64,000 nucleotides of DNA from Cyanobacteria bacterium P01_F01_bin.150 (GTDB taxonomy: Bacteria; Cyanobacteriota; Cyanobacteriia; CAKZMO01): assembly GCA_039189765.1 (NCBI GenBank), contig JBCCYL010000005.1, positions 64,001 through 128,000 on the forward strand, written 5' to 3'. The position numbers and the translations under genes are program-made. Of the stretch, positions 1-12,108 are shown piece after piece (the first letter of the stretch is position 1; every line of letters starts with the position of its first letter). The notes below the pieces were generated by a model. It was given only the letters and a program-made list of their open reading frames with translations, ran no database searches and had not been told where the DNA came from.

Positions 1-10
1 TGATATACAT

Positions 11-60
11 AGTCCACGAAGGTGGACTTCGTTTGTGTAGCCGCAATTTCTAATTGCCAG
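11..60. repeat. Short palindromic intergenic repeat (AGTCCAC-GAAG-GTGGACT hairpin plus adjacent GCAATT..AATTGC)
   Basis: Perfect 7-bp stem at 11-28; resembles dispersed cyanobacterial palindromes; single copy in this window. Confidence 0.4.
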
Positions 61-322
61 GGTGATGAACGCTTTTGTCAGTCAATCAGGTTCCAACCCC
101 CTAATCAACTATTGTGTATCTACTGGATATTAGGTAGAAAACTATACCAAATATGCATGATTGGCTGTTGCAGTTAAGAAGGGCTAAGCTTTTAATGGAT
201 TTCTAATGACAAGTATCAAGATTAGAAAATAAGTTTTTTAGTGATATCAATGAACGAGAACTGGGTGTCTAAAGCTTCTCAATAGTCATCAAGAAAATCA
301 CATTAAAATGACCTGTCTCTTA

Positions 323-823
323 CTATTCACTTAAACAACCACTGTCAGGCAATGCTCTATTGGCGGCCCATTCATAAACCCTTTCTCCAATATTTAATGT
401 GCGGCTTAAACTGACATTGGAAACTCTTAAATCTGTGTAGCATACTTCACGCTCAGGTAAATTAAAGGAGTCGATAGTGCTACGAAGAGTAATCGTACCG
501 TGAGCATTTTGTCGAATTTTACGTTTGAGGGTGGCATCTAATTCAATAGTCAGTTCACAGGCTTGAAATGAGACCGATTCAACCTGATTAATAATCAATT
601 TTTTACGCTTACTGATGCGATGACTTTCTCCAGAAACTCTTTCGTTAACCTGAGCAAGGATTTCAGCATCTAGACTATTTCCAAGATTTTCGACGATAGA
701 GCAATCGAGGGATTTTTGGGCTAATGATGTCGATGGTTGAGGATGGGCGATCGCACTCTCTAGACTAACCATAAGCAAACTAGCCGTAGTCAAGGCTGAT
801 AGAATTTTCTTCATGGGTTTCAT
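323..823 (-). CDS. Secreted hypothetical protein
   Basis: 166-aa ORF with a Sec-type signal peptide (MKKILSALTTASLLMVSLESAIA); co-oriented downstream of the ShlB gene. Confidence 0.75.
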   Translation of the reverse strand: MKPMKKILSALTTASLLMVSLESAIAHPQPSTSLAQKSLDCSIVENLGNSLDAEILAQVNERVSGESHRISKRKKLIINQVESVSFQACELTIELDATLKRKIRQNAHGTITLRSTIDSFNLPEREVCYTDLRVSNVSLSRTLNIGERVYEWAANRALPDSGCLSE

Positions 824-893
824 CCTTCTAAAACAGTGACTTCGTTGGTCTACTGAACATTAGGTTGAGCCTCTTCAAAATATGCACACTCGG

Positions 894-2744
894 CTAACGC
901 CCATAGCGCAAATTAAAATAAATTCCTGAATCCTGGAGATTGTCTCCTTTATTTTCCCAGTCCACCAAGGGAATTCCCAAATCAACCCGAAGCTTGAGGC
1001 CGTCCTGGCCCAACACCTGATCAAAAATCAGTCCAAACCCAGTACCACTCAGTAGAGTCGTCCCCGTCAACTCATTGGGATTATTGCCTGAATTCCACAC
1101 TGCCCCTACATCCCAAAAGGGCGCAAGTTGAATAATTGGAGCTCCGGTGGAGTTGCGATTAACCGTGATGCGATCTTCTATGGAAAAGCGTAGGCCGTTG
1201 TCTCCCGATCGCGCATTTTGCCGATATCCCCGTGTAGACTGGCCGCCCCCGATAATAAAACGCTGAGCGGGCAATAAACTATCGGGAGTTAACTGTAGCT
1301 CTCCTTGAATCAATAGGAGATGGTCTTGACTAAGTTGCTGTACCCGTTGTGCTTGGCCCAGCCAACTAAAGAAGTGACCATCAGGGATGGGTTCATCGTT
1401 GGTTGTTGCATCAAATAGCCCTGTGCCAAAGTCAAATTGCGATCGCACCGACCACGCGCCCCGAGAATCTCGCCTGATATAGTCTTGCCCAAAGTTGAGG
1501 ATGCTAGTGCGGCTAAAGGCATCTTCATCAGGTCCAATACCGAAAGGAAAGGAGAGATCGCCAATAAAGGTTTGACCAGACTGATATTTAAACCCCGCTG
1601 ACAGTGCTAATTCTTCTCGGGGCGATCGCACCAAGGGTTGTCGATAGGTTATTTCGTATAGCTCTTGCTCGCCTCGAATATTAAGGTCAATAAACTCCGG
1701 GTCAGTAATATTGAAATTATTGGGAGCAGCCCGTAGTTGAACTGCGCCGTTCATCGCATTGACAGGAATACGATACAGCACATTGTAATTTTCTGCTCCA
1801 CTAGTCGTTGATCGAAGATAGGAAGCAGACAACTCATCTCCATTGCCGGTGAGATTGCGATGGCTCAGGGTCAAACTCACCCTTTCTGACCCCACACTAG
1901 GGGGAGAATAGTTATCAGTACTAAATCCATAGCTAAATGGATTAGCCTCTATAACTCGCACAATAAGCTTACTTTTGCCCTGTTCTCCCGTTGGCTGCAA
2001 ACTGGCTTCAACACTGGCGAAGAGGGGATCGGAGCGTAGCAATCGCAGTTGGTTTTCCAGCCTGGTGCTATTAAATGGAATAGTTGTCCCCAACTGGATG
2101 CGATTCCTGATATAGGACTCTCGAACCCTGAATGACCCCCTAGAAGAATCATCGTTAATGGCATTCGCTAAATTTGCAGTCTCGCTACCCTCACCGTCAC
2201 TGATCTCACCGTCACTGATCTCACCATCGCTGCTCGCACCGTCGCTAATCTCATCATCGTTAGCCTCGTCGTTGTTGCGCTCTTCGGTGGATGTTGGCAG
2301 TTCAATGGGGATAATCTCAATCTCAGTAATCTCTCCCTCAAAAATTTTAATCGTCAAAATACCATCTTGACCAATGGTTGCGCTGGCGACAGGTACGGCA
2401 CGAGTCGTGACATAGCCTCGATTGAGATATAGTTGAGTGATTTCATCCGCAACCTGGCGAATCTTTTCAACGGTTAAATCCTGATTTTCAAACGGTGCTA
2501 GAATCTCGGCCCAATCGTCATCATCAAAAACGGTACTGCCAACAACGTTAATCTGCTGAACTCGAACGGATGGTTCAGCGTTTTGTGGATTATTATCAGA
2601 TTCGTCTGCAACTTCAGAAGAAGAGGAAGACGGTAACTGTGCCATAAATTGACCCCACACAGATTGGTTCAAGTCATGGACAGCAAATCCAAGTAGAACA
2701 GTGAGGGCCGGAACAATAGATACACAGCGGAACACGTTACTCAT
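894..2744 (-). CDS. ShlB/FhaC/HecB family two-partner secretion outer-membrane transporter
   Basis: POTRA motifs (VVGSTVF, ITQLYLNRGYVTTRA), beta-barrel with IGGGQSTRGY (VRGY-like) motif, C-terminal GIYFNLRY; start uncertain (ATG 2744 or TTG 2768). Confidence 0.9.
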   Translation of the reverse strand: MSNVFRCVSIVPALTVLLGFAVHDLNQSVWGQFMAQLPSSSSSEVADESDNNPQNAEPSVRVQQINVVGSTVFDDDDWAEILAPFENQDLTVEKIRQVADEITQLYLNRGYVTTRAVPVASATIGQDGILTIKIFEGEITEIEIIPIELPTSTEERNNDEANDDEISDGASSDGEISDGEISDGEGSETANLANAINDDSSRGSFRVRESYIRNRIQLGTTIPFNSTRLENQLRLLRSDPLFASVEASLQPTGEQGKSKLIVRVIEANPFSYGFSTDNYSPPSVGSERVSLTLSHRNLTGNGDELSASYLRSTTSGAENYNVLYRIPVNAMNGAVQLRAAPNNFNITDPEFIDLNIRGEQELYEITYRQPLVRSPREELALSAGFKYQSGQTFIGDLSFPFGIGPDEDAFSRTSILNFGQDYIRRDSRGAWSVRSQFDFGTGLFDATTNDEPIPDGHFFSWLGQAQRVQQLSQDHLLLIQGELQLTPDSLLPAQRFIIGGGQSTRGYRQNARSGDNGLRFSIEDRITVNRNSTGAPIIQLAPFWDVGAVWNSGNNPNELTGTTLLSGTGFGLIFDQVLGQDGLKLRVDLGIPLVDWENKGDNLQDSGIYFNLRYGR

Positions 2745-2789
2745 AATAGTCTGAGGCGAAATTATCAAGGCAAAATTATCAAGGCAAAA

Positions 2790-5700
2790 TTACCAGGGAT
2801 TACCGATCATGGTAAAGGCAGACCAGTAGAAGGGGTGACTGAGATTCGGATCTCCAATGCTTTCCGAAAGCTCAGAGGGGATATCTAGCTCCAGGCCTGG
2901 TAGACTTAGCCTTCCCTCTCCATAGGAGACATCCCCCCGTAACATCGCAATTTGGGTAAGGCGAAGGGCTTCAGCTTTTAGCTCTGCTTGATTAAGTTGG
3001 CGATAAAATTCCGCCATAAGGGCTAAGGTTCCAGCATCATCTACGTACCAAAGGCTGGCCATGGCGGATTTAACTCCGGCTTGAGCTGCCAACCCTGCAA
3101 AGCCCAGCTCAGCTTCCCGATCGCCCACTGCGGTACGACAGGCACTCAGCACCAGCAGCTTAACAGGGGGATCGTTCCAACCCAATTCACGCACTTCGTC
3201 GAGTCCCAGCTTTTCATCCCAGAGTTGGATAAAGGAGTTTTCCACATCCCCCGCTCGGAAATCTCCATGGGTGGAAAGATGAACAATACCATAGGGATTC
3301 GCTTGGCGTTCTTCAATCAGTTTTTCTCGGGTAAAATCCTCATTAAGGAAAGAGTTTCCTTGCCACAAACTATCGGTTAAGACAGAGACTTCAACGGGGG
3401 CAGACTGCAAGTCTGATAGCTTGTCATCGCCAGGAAAGGTTGATGCTCCCATCGCTAAGACTTGAGCATCTTGCAGATCGACCAAACGAGTATCGGTGAG
3501 ACTTAAGCTAGGCATTAAGCCCGTGCTGTATTGTTCTATCAGATATTGCTCCCCATCGTGGAGGGCCGCAAAGGGCAAAGAACGCAGCCCTTCATCGGCA
3601 ATAAAGACCAGGTTTTCCACGGCTTCTGCGTCCAGGTCTGCCTGTAGGGGCGTAATCAACCATTCGTACAGTTGCTGAGCAGCCGGGAGAAAGCTTAAAC
3701 GGCCTCTTCGGACATCGATCTGGTCCTTGATTTTGGCATGGAACGTATCGACGACCGCTAAGACGTTTTCACGGGTAGCTCCAGGGACTCGGTAGCGGAC
3801 GGGTTGTCCATCTGGCGTGACCAAAACAAGTTCTAGTTCATCCCCCAGCCCCTCTTCATCAACGGATACGACAGATTCATTATCGGCATTGGTGGTAATA
3901 TCGACATTGAATTCTACGGGGACAAAGTTGGCATAAATTACGGCGGGGCGAATGCCAGAGATATCGGCGATTTCTCCCAAGGCATCACAGGTATCTACTA
4001 GGCTTTGGCCTCCGACACCCGATGACTGGCCCAGGTATTCTTCAAATTCACGGGTGTACTTTTCATCAATATCGGCAACTCCAGTATCAATGGGCGCACA
4101 TAAGCCTTCTGTTTGGATTGGGGGGATGGGCGGATTGGGGGGCGGCTCAGGGGGGCCAGGGGGTTCAGGAACGGAAATAAGTTGAATATTCGGATTTTCA
4201 GTGTAGGTAAAGGGATATTCCCGAAAGTCTAGACTCGCTTCGCCTGTGGCAATCCCTCCGGCGGTGCCGTTGACCCCAGCATCACCCACAATAAATGGAA
4301 TATCGCTGTCTCCACCATGGCGGATGGTGACTGAATCTCCGGTGCCGTTGGCTCCCCCAGTGGTGGCAATACTGTTGCCGCTGGGATTCCTGGCGGTTTG
4401 GGTACCGGGAATAATGCCTGTGGCCCGGAAGAATCGTTCGGTGGTGATATCCACGGTGCCGCCGCCTGCGGTGCCACGGGCATCAATAAATTCCACTTCA
4501 ATATCATTTTCAGGATCGAGAAATACATCTCCGCCTTGTCCTGCTAAACTTTCGGTGTCGATCGCCCCTGTAGTAATGGAGGTGATGGCCTGAATGGTGA
4601 CATCGCCCCCATCGGTTCCTTCAGTAATGATGTCATTGACGGTTACGATGCCGTTGCTAATTAGGCTAACGGGACCACCTGGACCAGCAACCGAAGATGT
4701 ATTGAGGGTGCTGTTTTCAGCCTGGATATTTTGGTTTTGGCTGGTGAGGGCGATCGCCCCTGCATTAATATCACCACTAACGGTTAAATTACCGTTGGTA
4801 GTGGCAGTAAAGGTTCCACCCACCAAAGACTGCCCAAGGGTTGCAATATCGGCGGTTAAAGTAGCGTTGCCATTATCCCCCGTCGTGTTCAGGCTAATGG
4901 TCCCTGTGGCAGTAGTTTGATCTAAAGCAATATCAGCATCGGGTGCAGCGGTGATAAAAGTGCTATTGCCGCCAACAGTAACGACATCGTTATCAGTGAT
5001 ATTGCCTGCGGTAGCGGTGACCGTTAAATCACCGCCCACAGTGGAAAGGCCAAAGATGAGGTCAGTAGCATTAGTAATTTGGACATCCGCATCGTTTCCT
5101 GTGGTGTTGGTGCTAACCGTTCCAAAAGCATTGAGCTGATCCAGTTGAATACCAGCGTTGGTTTTAGCGGTCGTAAAGGTACTATTGCCCCCTACGGTAA
5201 CGGTATCGCTATCGGTGATACTACCTGTAGTGGCCGTGGCCGTTAAATCACCGCTCACGCTAGAAGGACCAAGGGTGAGGTCGGCGGCATTGGTAATTTG
5301 GCCATTCCCATCCCCTGTAGTATTGATGCTAATCGCTCCATCAGTGTTGAGCTGATCAAGTTGAATATCGGCGTTAGTTTCAGCGGTCGTAAAGGTGCTA
5401 TCGCCCTCGACGGTAACGGTATCGCTATCGGTAATATCGCCAGTGGTGGCAGTGGCGGTTAAATCACCGTCCACGCTAGAAGAACCAAAGGTGATGCCGT
5501 TGGCATTGGTGATTTGGACATCCCCATTGTTCCCTGTAGCGTTAGCGCTAATCGTTCCAGAGACATTGAGCTGATCCAGTTGAATATCAGCGTTGGGTTC
5601 AGTGGTGGTAAAGGTGCTATCGCCCCCTACCGTAACGATATCGCTATCGGTAATACTGCCCGTAGTCGCAGTGGCCGTTAGATCCCCGCCCACAGAAGAA

Positions 5701-8700
5701 GAACCAAAGTTGATGGCATTGACATTGGTGATTTGGACATCCGCGTTATTTCCTGTGGTGTTGGTGCTAATCGTTCCAGAGGCATTGAGCTGATCTAGTT
5801 GAATATCAGCGTTGGTTTCAGTGGTGGTAAAGGTGCTATCGCCCCCTACCGTAACGGTATCGCTATCGGTGATACCGCCTGTGGTAGCAGTGGCGGTTAG
5901 ATCACCTTCCACATTAGAAGCACCAAGGGTGAGGTCATTAGCATTAGTAATTTGAACATCCCCATTATCGCCTGTGGTATTGGTGCTAATGGCTCCGGAA
6001 GTATTGAGCTGGTCAAGTTGAATATCGGCGTTAGTTTCAGCAGTAGTAAAGGTGCCATCGCCCCCCACGGTAAGAGCATCGCTATCGGTAATACTGCCTG
6101 TAGTAGCAGTGGCAGTTAGATCACCTCCCACAGTAGAAGGACCAAAGTTGATGGCATTAGCATTGGTGATTTGAACATCTGCATTGTTCCCTGTGGTGTT
6201 GGTGCTGATGGTCCCAGCAATGTTGAATTGGTCGAGTTGAATATCGGCGTTGGGTTCAGTGGTCGTAAAGGTGCTGTCGCCCCCTACGGTAACGGTATCG
6301 CTATCGGTGATACTGCCTGTAGTAGCAGTGGCAGTTAAATCACCGCCCACTGTGGAAGTGCCAAGGGTAAGGTCGTTAGAATTGGTAATCTGAACATCCC
6401 CATTGTTCCCTGTGGTGTTGGTACTGATGGTCCCAGTAGTATTGAGCTGGTCGAGTTGAATATCGGCATTAGTTTCAGTGGTCGTAAAGGTGCTGTTACC
6501 ACCGACGGTGACAGTGTCGCTATCGGTAATATTGCCTGTGGTGGCAGTGGCGGTTAAATCCCCACCTACAGTGGAAGACCCAAAGGTGAGGTCATTGGCA
6601 TTGGTAATTTGGACATCCGCGTTGTTCCCTGTGGTGTTGGTGCTAATTGTTCCAGAGACATTGAGCTGGGCGAGTTGAATATCGGCGTTAGCTTCAGTGG
6701 TTGTAAAGGTGCTATCGCCTCCCACGGTAATGGGTCCTGTATCGGTAATATTGCCAGTGGTTGTGGTAATGCCAACATCACCAGACACGTTGGCTTCTTC
6801 CAGCTCCAATCCAATCGTATTTTCAAGCTGAAGATCTCCAATAACGGCTTCAACGGCAACGGTTCCGGTAGTGGTGATCAAAGGGTTATCGGCTGTGCCG
6901 ACCGAACCTGAGCTGTTGATCGTGACTAAGCCAGTGCTACCCACATCTATATCGGTGTCATTGGTGCCACTGGTGACACCACCTGTATTAAGGGTCACGG
7001 AGCTACCTTCCCCCAGGGTCAGCGTGTTGTCAAAACTAACGGTATCCCCTTGGAGCGTAAGGTCAGATGTGGTGGCACTTAAATCGATATTGTCACTAAC
7101 AACGATGGGTTCAGAACCGCCAGCACGCCCAATAGTTAAGCGATTAAAGCCATCTAGCTGGTCAATTTCTTCAGCAGTAAGATTAAGGGCATTGGGGTCA
7201 TCAATTCCAGTATCTGCCTCCCCAAAAGCAATACCTTGAGTGGGGCTAAAAGGCTGGAGAGCTAGATCACTTCCGTTTGAGGTGACAGCATCACCCAAGT
7301 CAATTTCATCGGCAGATAGGGACAAATTATAGATATCCGTGGTCAGGGGATTGTTGAGGATGAGGCTCTCTTCTGCACTAATGCTGGTGTCTGCACCTAG
7401 GGTAAGGGGATTATCAAAGGTTTGCTCCTCCGAGAAGATAAATTCCCCTGACAGTTGGACTGGACCGCCGCTCTCGATCACGAATTCATCTAACGTGGCA
7501 ATAGTACCGATGCCATTAAGGGTGATAAGACTGTCACCGGAATCTAGCGTCAGGGTGTAGGTATTCGGTTCGCCCAACGGAGCATTAATTTCATCTCCAA
7601 AAGTGATTACGCCGCCATTACCATTACTACGAACCGTAATATCGTTGGTCACTGTAACTGGGCCACTAATGGTGATGGCGGCATTGGTGGTTTCAATATC
7701 ACCATTTAGGGTATTAGCGGGGCCAGTTAGCTCAACCACTCCCCCGTCAATCGTAGGATCGAGACCAGCAATATTGTCTGGATTATCGAAATTGGCGGTG
7801 GCATTGACATCGCCAACCGTAACAGTATCGTTGGCCTCAATACTAACCTGACCACTTCTAACAATGGGATCGGGTTCTGGCTCATCTGGTGCTAGAACCG
7901 AAGGGGTAATAGTGGCAGAAGAATCAACGATGTCATTAACAGTGATGGGGCCTTCGGTGGTCAGGGTGATATCCCCACCAAACGCCTGACGATTACTAGA
8001 AGCGGATGTATCAATGCTTTGTACCTCAATAGAACCCGCCGCTTCTATGGTGACAGCCCCACTTTGGAGACCTGCAATACCAGCAACACTTCTCAAGTCT
8101 GGATCAGGGGCTTGATCTGGTGGTGCTCCCCCTGGTAAGCCGCCATCCCCTGCATTATCAATAAAGTTGCTACTGTTAGTTTGAATAGTTCCTGTTTGAA
8201 CATTTCCTGAGTCAGAAATTATTCTGACATTAATTTCACCGGGAGTATTGGTACCATTACCGCCATTGCCACCCACTCCACCAGAGCCACCATTGCCAAC
8301 TTCTACACCAAAATCGCTACCATTACCGCCATTACCGCCATTACCACCCACACCACCAAATGTAAAAATATTTCCAGTTGTGATTCCACGCGAGCTATCT
8401 AAGTCAATAACTCCGCCATTTCCACCAACCCCACCATTTCCACCAGCACCACCATCTCCGCCATTACCCAAACCAGCATTAGCAACTCCACCATCTCCAC
8501 CAATTCCACCATCTCCACCAGGGCCACCATCTCCACCATCTGAAATAAGATTATCGACAATCAAATTTCCATCAGATATCAGTTCCAACACACCACCAGG
8601 GCCACCAGGACCACCGGGGCCACCAGGGCTACCAGGACCACCAGGGCCACCAGCAAGAAATTCATCACCAGGGCCACCAGGGCCACCAGGGCCACCAGGG

Positions 8701-10844
8701 CCACCAGGGCCACCAGGGCCACCAGACGTATTTATCTCCCCACCAATTTCAATATCGCCTGTTGCAGGTGAAAAACGAACATTCCCTCCCGATCCTCCCG
8801 GTCCACCAGGACCACCAACTTCACCAGGGCCACCAACTCCACGAGGACCACCAACTTCACCAGGGCCACCAACTCCACCAGGACCACCAGGACCACCAGA
8901 CATATCTATCTCACCATCAATTTCGATAGCGCCTGATGTAGCTGCAAACCAAACATTTCCACCCTGTCCACCCGGTGCGCCTGGTGCGCCCAGTGCGCCC
9001 AGTGCGCCTAGCTCACCGATTCCGCCAGACCCAACAGTTCCTCCATTCGCGACCACGCGACCATTAATCAATATCGAAGCACCTGTGACTTCAATATTAA
9101 TATCGCCGCCATTACCACCAACACCACCATTCCCGTCATTCCCACCCTGAAAGCCATCACCGCCATCACCGCCATCACCGCCAAATGCAAAAATATCTCC
9201 AGTTGTAATGTTGGATAAACTGTTTAAGTTAATGCCTCCACCAGCACCACCCTTCCCCCCAGCACCTCCGGGAGACTCAAATACAAAAACCTCACTGCCA
9301 TTACCACCATTACCACCAGCACCACCAGAGGCATTAAGCCTGCTATCAATTTCAATTACACCTACCGTCGTAGTAAAATCAACAATGCCACCAGCACCAC
9401 CAGCACCACCAGCACCACCCCCATTACCACCACTACCCCCATTACCACCATTACCACCAGTAACATTCACACTGCTATTCATCAATATCGAAGCACCCAC
9501 GACTTCAATATTGCCACCAGCACCACCAGCACTACCATTACCAGCAATTCCACCAGTTCCACCAGTTCCACCAGTTCCGCCAGTAGCATTCACACTGCCA
9601 TTCATCGATATTGAAGTACCTACGACTTCAATATTGCCACCAGCACCACCAGCACCACCAGCACCACCAGCACCGAGAAGGAAGCCAATGCTACCAGTTC
9701 CACCAGTTCCACCAGTAGCATTTACACTGCCATTCATCAATATCGAAGTACCTGTGACTTGAATATCACCCCCATCACCCCCATCATCGCCAGCCTCACC
9801 AGCAGCGACATTGCCACCAGGATTACCAGAAACGTCAAGATTCTCCCCAACTACAACTATTCCAGGACTGTTTTCCAGTGTGACCAATTGAATCTCATTA
9901 CCGTTTACTTCCAAGGTCAAGTCTTCGTCGGGAATAACACCTGTGGTCAGTAAATCAGGCAGAGTAGCAGGAGTAATAGCGCCCAGCGGATTTGGCAGCT
10001 GATCACCCGCAGCCTCAATGGGAAACACCTCCAGAGACAGGGGGTTCCCCGGCATACTCAGACGAACAAATCTCTCCCCAGGTACTGCCATTAGAATAAT
10101 GTTTCCTCCTGGAGCTGTCACAGGTCCCGTACTGACCACTGTCCCACCCATCAGCGTGATGGACTGTTCCGGTCTAACTGTCAAGCCTACGTCCTCTTCA
10201 CTCTCCGGATCACCCACCAAATTCATTGCACTATTAATGACAATCCCCGGTTCTGACAACGAAAATGCAAAGCCATCAGGGTCTCCGGTCAGATCTCCAT
10301 AGGAGGGAACCTCTCCCACTACGCTAAACCAGTTATCCTCACCAAACCGAATCGCATCTGCTGTTGTTGCCGTAAAACTGCCAGGGATATCCAAACTTGC
10401 ATTGGCCCCAAACACTATCCCCGCAGGGTTCATCAAATAAAGATTAGCATCGCTATTAACACCGCTTTGGGTTACGCGAATAATCCCGTTAATAACTGAT
10501 TTTTGAATCCTTTCCCCGTTCCCGACGACTCGACTCAAAATATTCTGAATATTAGGATCAGCCAAAAAATTCGCAATCTCCCCCTCGTTCAGCCCAAATC
10601 GTTCAAAGCTATGGAACAAGTTCAGGTTCTCTCTCTCCCCTGATAGCTGTCCTCCTGTGATATTGAACTGATTTCCATCTTCTGTCACCGTTGTGCGATC
10701 GTCAGCCGATGTAATCTGTGCCTGAGCCACAGGCATTTCAACCAATATGCCGGAAACACAAAGGCATAGCAGTAGCCCCACCTGCTTGACTCGTCGCAAA
10801 GGGGGATTAGGGTAGGAAACACAATCCTGCATTGGGCGGCTCAT
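2790..10844 (-). CDS. Giant filamentous-haemagglutinin-like TpsA protein with C-terminal CHAT (caspase-like) protease domain
   Basis: Signal peptide, TPS domain ([22 protein letters not shown]), Gly-rich and GPG tracts, 73-aa repeats, CHAT dyad motifs HLSTHG and VLSACRT, terminal [15 protein letters not shown]. Confidence 0.92.
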   Translation of the reverse strand: MSRPMQDCVSYPNPPLRRVKQVGLLLCLCVSGILVEMPVAQAQITSADDRTTVTEDGNQFNITGGQLSGERENLNLFHSFERFGLNEGEIANFLADPNIQNILSRVVGNGERIQKSVINGIIRVTQSGVNSDANLYLMNPAGIVFGANASLDIPGSFTATTADAIRFGEDNWFSVVGEVPSYGDLTGDPDGFAFSLSEPGIVINSAMNLVGDPESEEDVGLTVRPEQSITLMGGTVVSTGPVTAPGGNIILMAVPGERFVRLSMPGNPLSLEVFPIEAAGDQLPNPLGAITPATLPDLLTTGVIPDEDLTLEVNGNEIQLVTLENSPGIVVVGENLDVSGNPGGNVAAGEAGDDGGDGGDIQVTGTSILMNGSVNATGGTGGTGSIGFLLGAGGAGGAGGAGGNIEVVGTSISMNGSVNATGGTGGTGGTGGIAGNGSAGGAGGNIEVVGASILMNSSVNVTGGNGGNGGSGGNGGGAGGAGGAGGIVDFTTTVGVIEIDSRLNASGGAGGNGGNGSEVFVFESPGGAGGKGGAGGGINLNSLSNITTGDIFAFGGDGGDGGDGFQGGNDGNGGVGGNGGDINIEVTGASILINGRVVANGGTVGSGGIGELGALGALGAPGAPGGQGGNVWFAATSGAIEIDGEIDMSGGPGGPGGVGGPGEVGGPRGVGGPGEVGGPGGPGGSGGNVRFSPATGDIEIGGEINTSGGPGGPGGPGGPGGPGGPGDEFLAGGPGGPGSPGGPGGPGGPGGVLELISDGNLIVDNLISDGGDGGPGGDGGIGGDGGVANAGLGNGGDGGAGGNGGVGGNGGVIDLDSSRGITTGNIFTFGGVGGNGGNGGNGSDFGVEVGNGGSGGVGGNGGNGTNTPGEINVRIISDSGNVQTGTIQTNSSNFIDNAGDGGLPGGAPPDQAPDPDLRSVAGIAGLQSGAVTIEAAGSIEVQSIDTSASSNRQAFGGDITLTTEGPITVNDIVDSSATITPSVLAPDEPEPDPIVRSGQVSIEANDTVTVGDVNATANFDNPDNIAGLDPTIDGGVVELTGPANTLNGDIETTNAAITISGPVTVTNDITVRSNGNGGVITFGDEINAPLGEPNTYTLTLDSGDSLITLNGIGTIATLDEFVIESGGPVQLSGEFIFSEEQTFDNPLTLGADTSISAEESLILNNPLTTDIYNLSLSADEIDLGDAVTSNGSDLALQPFSPTQGIAFGEADTGIDDPNALNLTAEEIDQLDGFNRLTIGRAGGSEPIVVSDNIDLSATTSDLTLQGDTVSFDNTLTLGEGSSVTLNTGGVTSGTNDTDIDVGSTGLVTINSSGSVGTADNPLITTTGTVAVEAVIGDLQLENTIGLELEEANVSGDVGITTTTGNITDTGPITVGGDSTFTTTEANADIQLAQLNVSGTISTNTTGNNADVQITNANDLTFGSSTVGGDLTATATTGNITDSDTVTVGGNSTFTTTETNADIQLDQLNTTGTISTNTTGNNGDVQITNSNDLTLGTSTVGGDLTATATTGSITDSDTVTVGGDSTFTTTEPNADIQLDQFNIAGTISTNTTGNNADVQITNANAINFGPSTVGGDLTATATTGSITDSDALTVGGDGTFTTAETNADIQLDQLNTSGAISTNTTGDNGDVQITNANDLTLGASNVEGDLTATATTGGITDSDTVTVGGDSTFTTTETNADIQLDQLNASGTISTNTTGNNADVQITNVNAINFGSSSVGGDLTATATTGSITDSDIVTVGGDSTFTTTEPNADIQLDQLNVSGTISANATGNNGDVQITNANGITFGSSSVDGDLTATATTGDITDSDTVTVEGDSTFTTAETNADIQLDQLNTDGAISINTTGDGNGQITNAADLTLGPSSVSGDLTATATTGSITDSDTVTVGGNSTFTTAKTNAGIQLDQLNAFGTVSTNTTGNDADVQITNATDLIFGLSTVGGDLTVTATAGNITDNDVVTVGGNSTFITAAPDADIALDQTTATGTISLNTTGDNGNATLTADIATLGQSLVGGTFTATTNGNLTVSGDINAGAIALTSQNQNIQAENSTLNTSSVAGPGGPVSLISNGIVTVNDIITEGTDGGDVTIQAITSITTGAIDTESLAGQGGDVFLDPENDIEVEFIDARGTAGGGTVDITTERFFRATGIIPGTQTARNPSGNSIATTGGANGTGDSVTIRHGGDSDIPFIVGDAGVNGTAGGIATGEASLDFREYPFTYTENPNIQLISVPEPPGPPEPPPNPPIPPIQTEGLCAPIDTGVADIDEKYTREFEEYLGQSSGVGGQSLVDTCDALGEIADISGIRPAVIYANFVPVEFNVDITTNADNESVVSVDEEGLGDELELVLVTPDGQPVRYRVPGATRENVLAVVDTFHAKIKDQIDVRRGRLSFLPAAQQLYEWLITPLQADLDAEAVENLVFIADEGLRSLPFAALHDGEQYLIEQYSTGLMPSLSLTDTRLVDLQDAQVLAMGASTFPGDDKLSDLQSAPVEVSVLTDSLWQGNSFLNEDFTREKLIEERQANPYGIVHLSTHGDFRAGDVENSFIQLWDEKLGLDEVRELGWNDPPVKLLVLSACRTAVGDREAELGFAGLAAQAGVKSAMASLWYVDDAGTLALMAEFYRQLNQAELKAEALRLTQIAMLRGDVSYGEGRLSLPGLELDIPSELSESIGDPNLSHPFYWSAFTMIGNPW
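4930..6790 (-). repeat. Intragenic tandem repeat, about 9 units of ~219 bp (73 aa)
   Basis: Unit [56 protein letters not shown] recurs with 219-bp period. Confidence 0.85.
8250..9800 (-). repeat. Gly-rich low-complexity region (GGxGGxGG and GPGGPG 9-bp repeats) within the TpsA gene
   Basis: Runs of CCACCAGGG, CCACCAGCA and CCATTACCA on the + strand. Confidence 0.8.
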
Positions 10845-10949
10845 GGCTTAAACTCCTAAAATAGATGAACACTCTGTCGATTAATAGATATCAATAAATT
10901 AGGGCTATTTGGGGCATCGTTCCCCTGAACTTCCAAATAGGTTTTGGTT

Positions 10950-11969
10950 TTATGGTGAGGGTTCCAACTGAGATGGCTCTGATTGCGAGAGGGAACAGCA
11001 ATTGGCGATCGCCCCCACCTCCACATCACTTAACTCCACAGCCCCCAACAATTCCGTCCAGGTATCCCGTAACAACTCATTACCTGGCTCCTGCCGCAGT
11101 CCATCGCCTACCAGCGTCAACGCCTCAAACCAAATCCCATTGTTTACAAAAGCCACCGCTTGGTCATAGGGACCCGCAGCCCCCTGCAAAGCAGTCTCCA
11201 ACGTGTCACTCCGTTCAACACGAGTCACACTAAACTCCAGAATCGAACTTAAATCTGGCGCATCTGGGCCACACTGAGCTTCCAAAATAACCGTGTAGCT
11301 CTGGCCGGTAACCAACCCCGGCCCCGAAGGTGGCAGCGTAATCCCAATGGCCCCCGGCACATCGCTGGTTAACTCCACAGGTGTTCGATCATACAAATCA
11401 TCCCCACCATCCGCCCATAGGACAAACTGAAGCGCATGGACAGCATTCATCTCAAATGGAACATGAAACCACAGGGTTGGATATTCCTCCGTTGTTTTCG
11501 CCTGCCCTCGAAACTCTGGCACAAGCGCAACCAGCGCATCCTCGCCAAACGCTTCCCCCGGTGTGCCGTCACACGGGCCTCTGCTCCCCGCATTAGCTCT
11601 ACGTTTAGGACGACCACCTCCACCATCCGGGATATCAAATTTATTACCGATCAGCCCCTGTTGAGCCGCCCTTACAGGCATCCAGACTCCCACGGCGGAC
11701 GTGCCAACCAACAGTCCAGCCAACCCTAAAACCTGACAGGCTCTAATCACAACCTGTGACTGTTTGCCTCTGGTTCCCAGCCGGAGACTGGGAACCACTC
11801 CTGGAGACTCTGGCTCCAGGCTGATCCAGAGCCAGAGTCTCTGGATGGCATTCCCAGCAGGACGCTGGGAACGATAAACAGGCTGTGACTGCTTATTAAA
11901 ATTAGACTTATTAAAATTAGACTTATTAAAATCACGCTTATTAAAATCGCTCAAAAACTGACGGGGCAT
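10950..11969 (-). CDS. DUF928 domain protein
   Basis: GSRGPC, LVALVP, TTEEYPTLWFHVP and NGIWFEAL..WTELL motifs typical of DUF928; true start uncertain. Confidence 0.85.
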   Translation of the reverse strand: MPRQFLSDFNKRDFNKSNFNKSNFNKQSQPVYRSQRPAGNAIQRLWLWISLEPESPGVVPSLRLGTRGKQSQVVIRACQVLGLAGLLVGTSAVGVWMPVRAAQQGLIGNKFDIPDGGGGRPKRRANAGSRGPCDGTPGEAFGEDALVALVPEFRGQAKTTEEYPTLWFHVPFEMNAVHALQFVLWADGGDDLYDRTPVELTSDVPGAIGITLPPSGPGLVTGQSYTVILEAQCGPDAPDLSSILEFSVTRVERSDTLETALQGAAGPYDQAVAFVNNGIWFEALTLVGDGLRQEPGNELLRDTWTELLGAVELSDVEVGAIANCCSLSQSEPSQLEPSP

Positions 11970-12108
11970 ATGATTCAATCCTTTTTACTTCAATACACTT
12001 AATAACGGCAATATTTAAACTTAGAGACCACTTTTAAACAAGATGTTTAAACACAAAACGCTCAAACACTTGATTATCTGAAACCGCCATAGCGTAGACT
12101 ACTGGCCC

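Noticed and set aside
2759..2789. 15-bp duplication between TpsA and ShlB genes (and 15-bp repeats at about 11893-11946)
   Set aside because: Simple local slippage duplications; no evidence of function
4246..7851. Series of + strand Val/Ser/Pro-rich ORFs
   Set aside because: Antisense to the 73-aa repeats of TpsA; no independent coding signal
8248..9762. Pro-rich + strand ORFs (300 aa and 184 aa) resembling collagen/extensin
   Set aside because: Antisense shadows of the Gly-rich part of the TpsA gene
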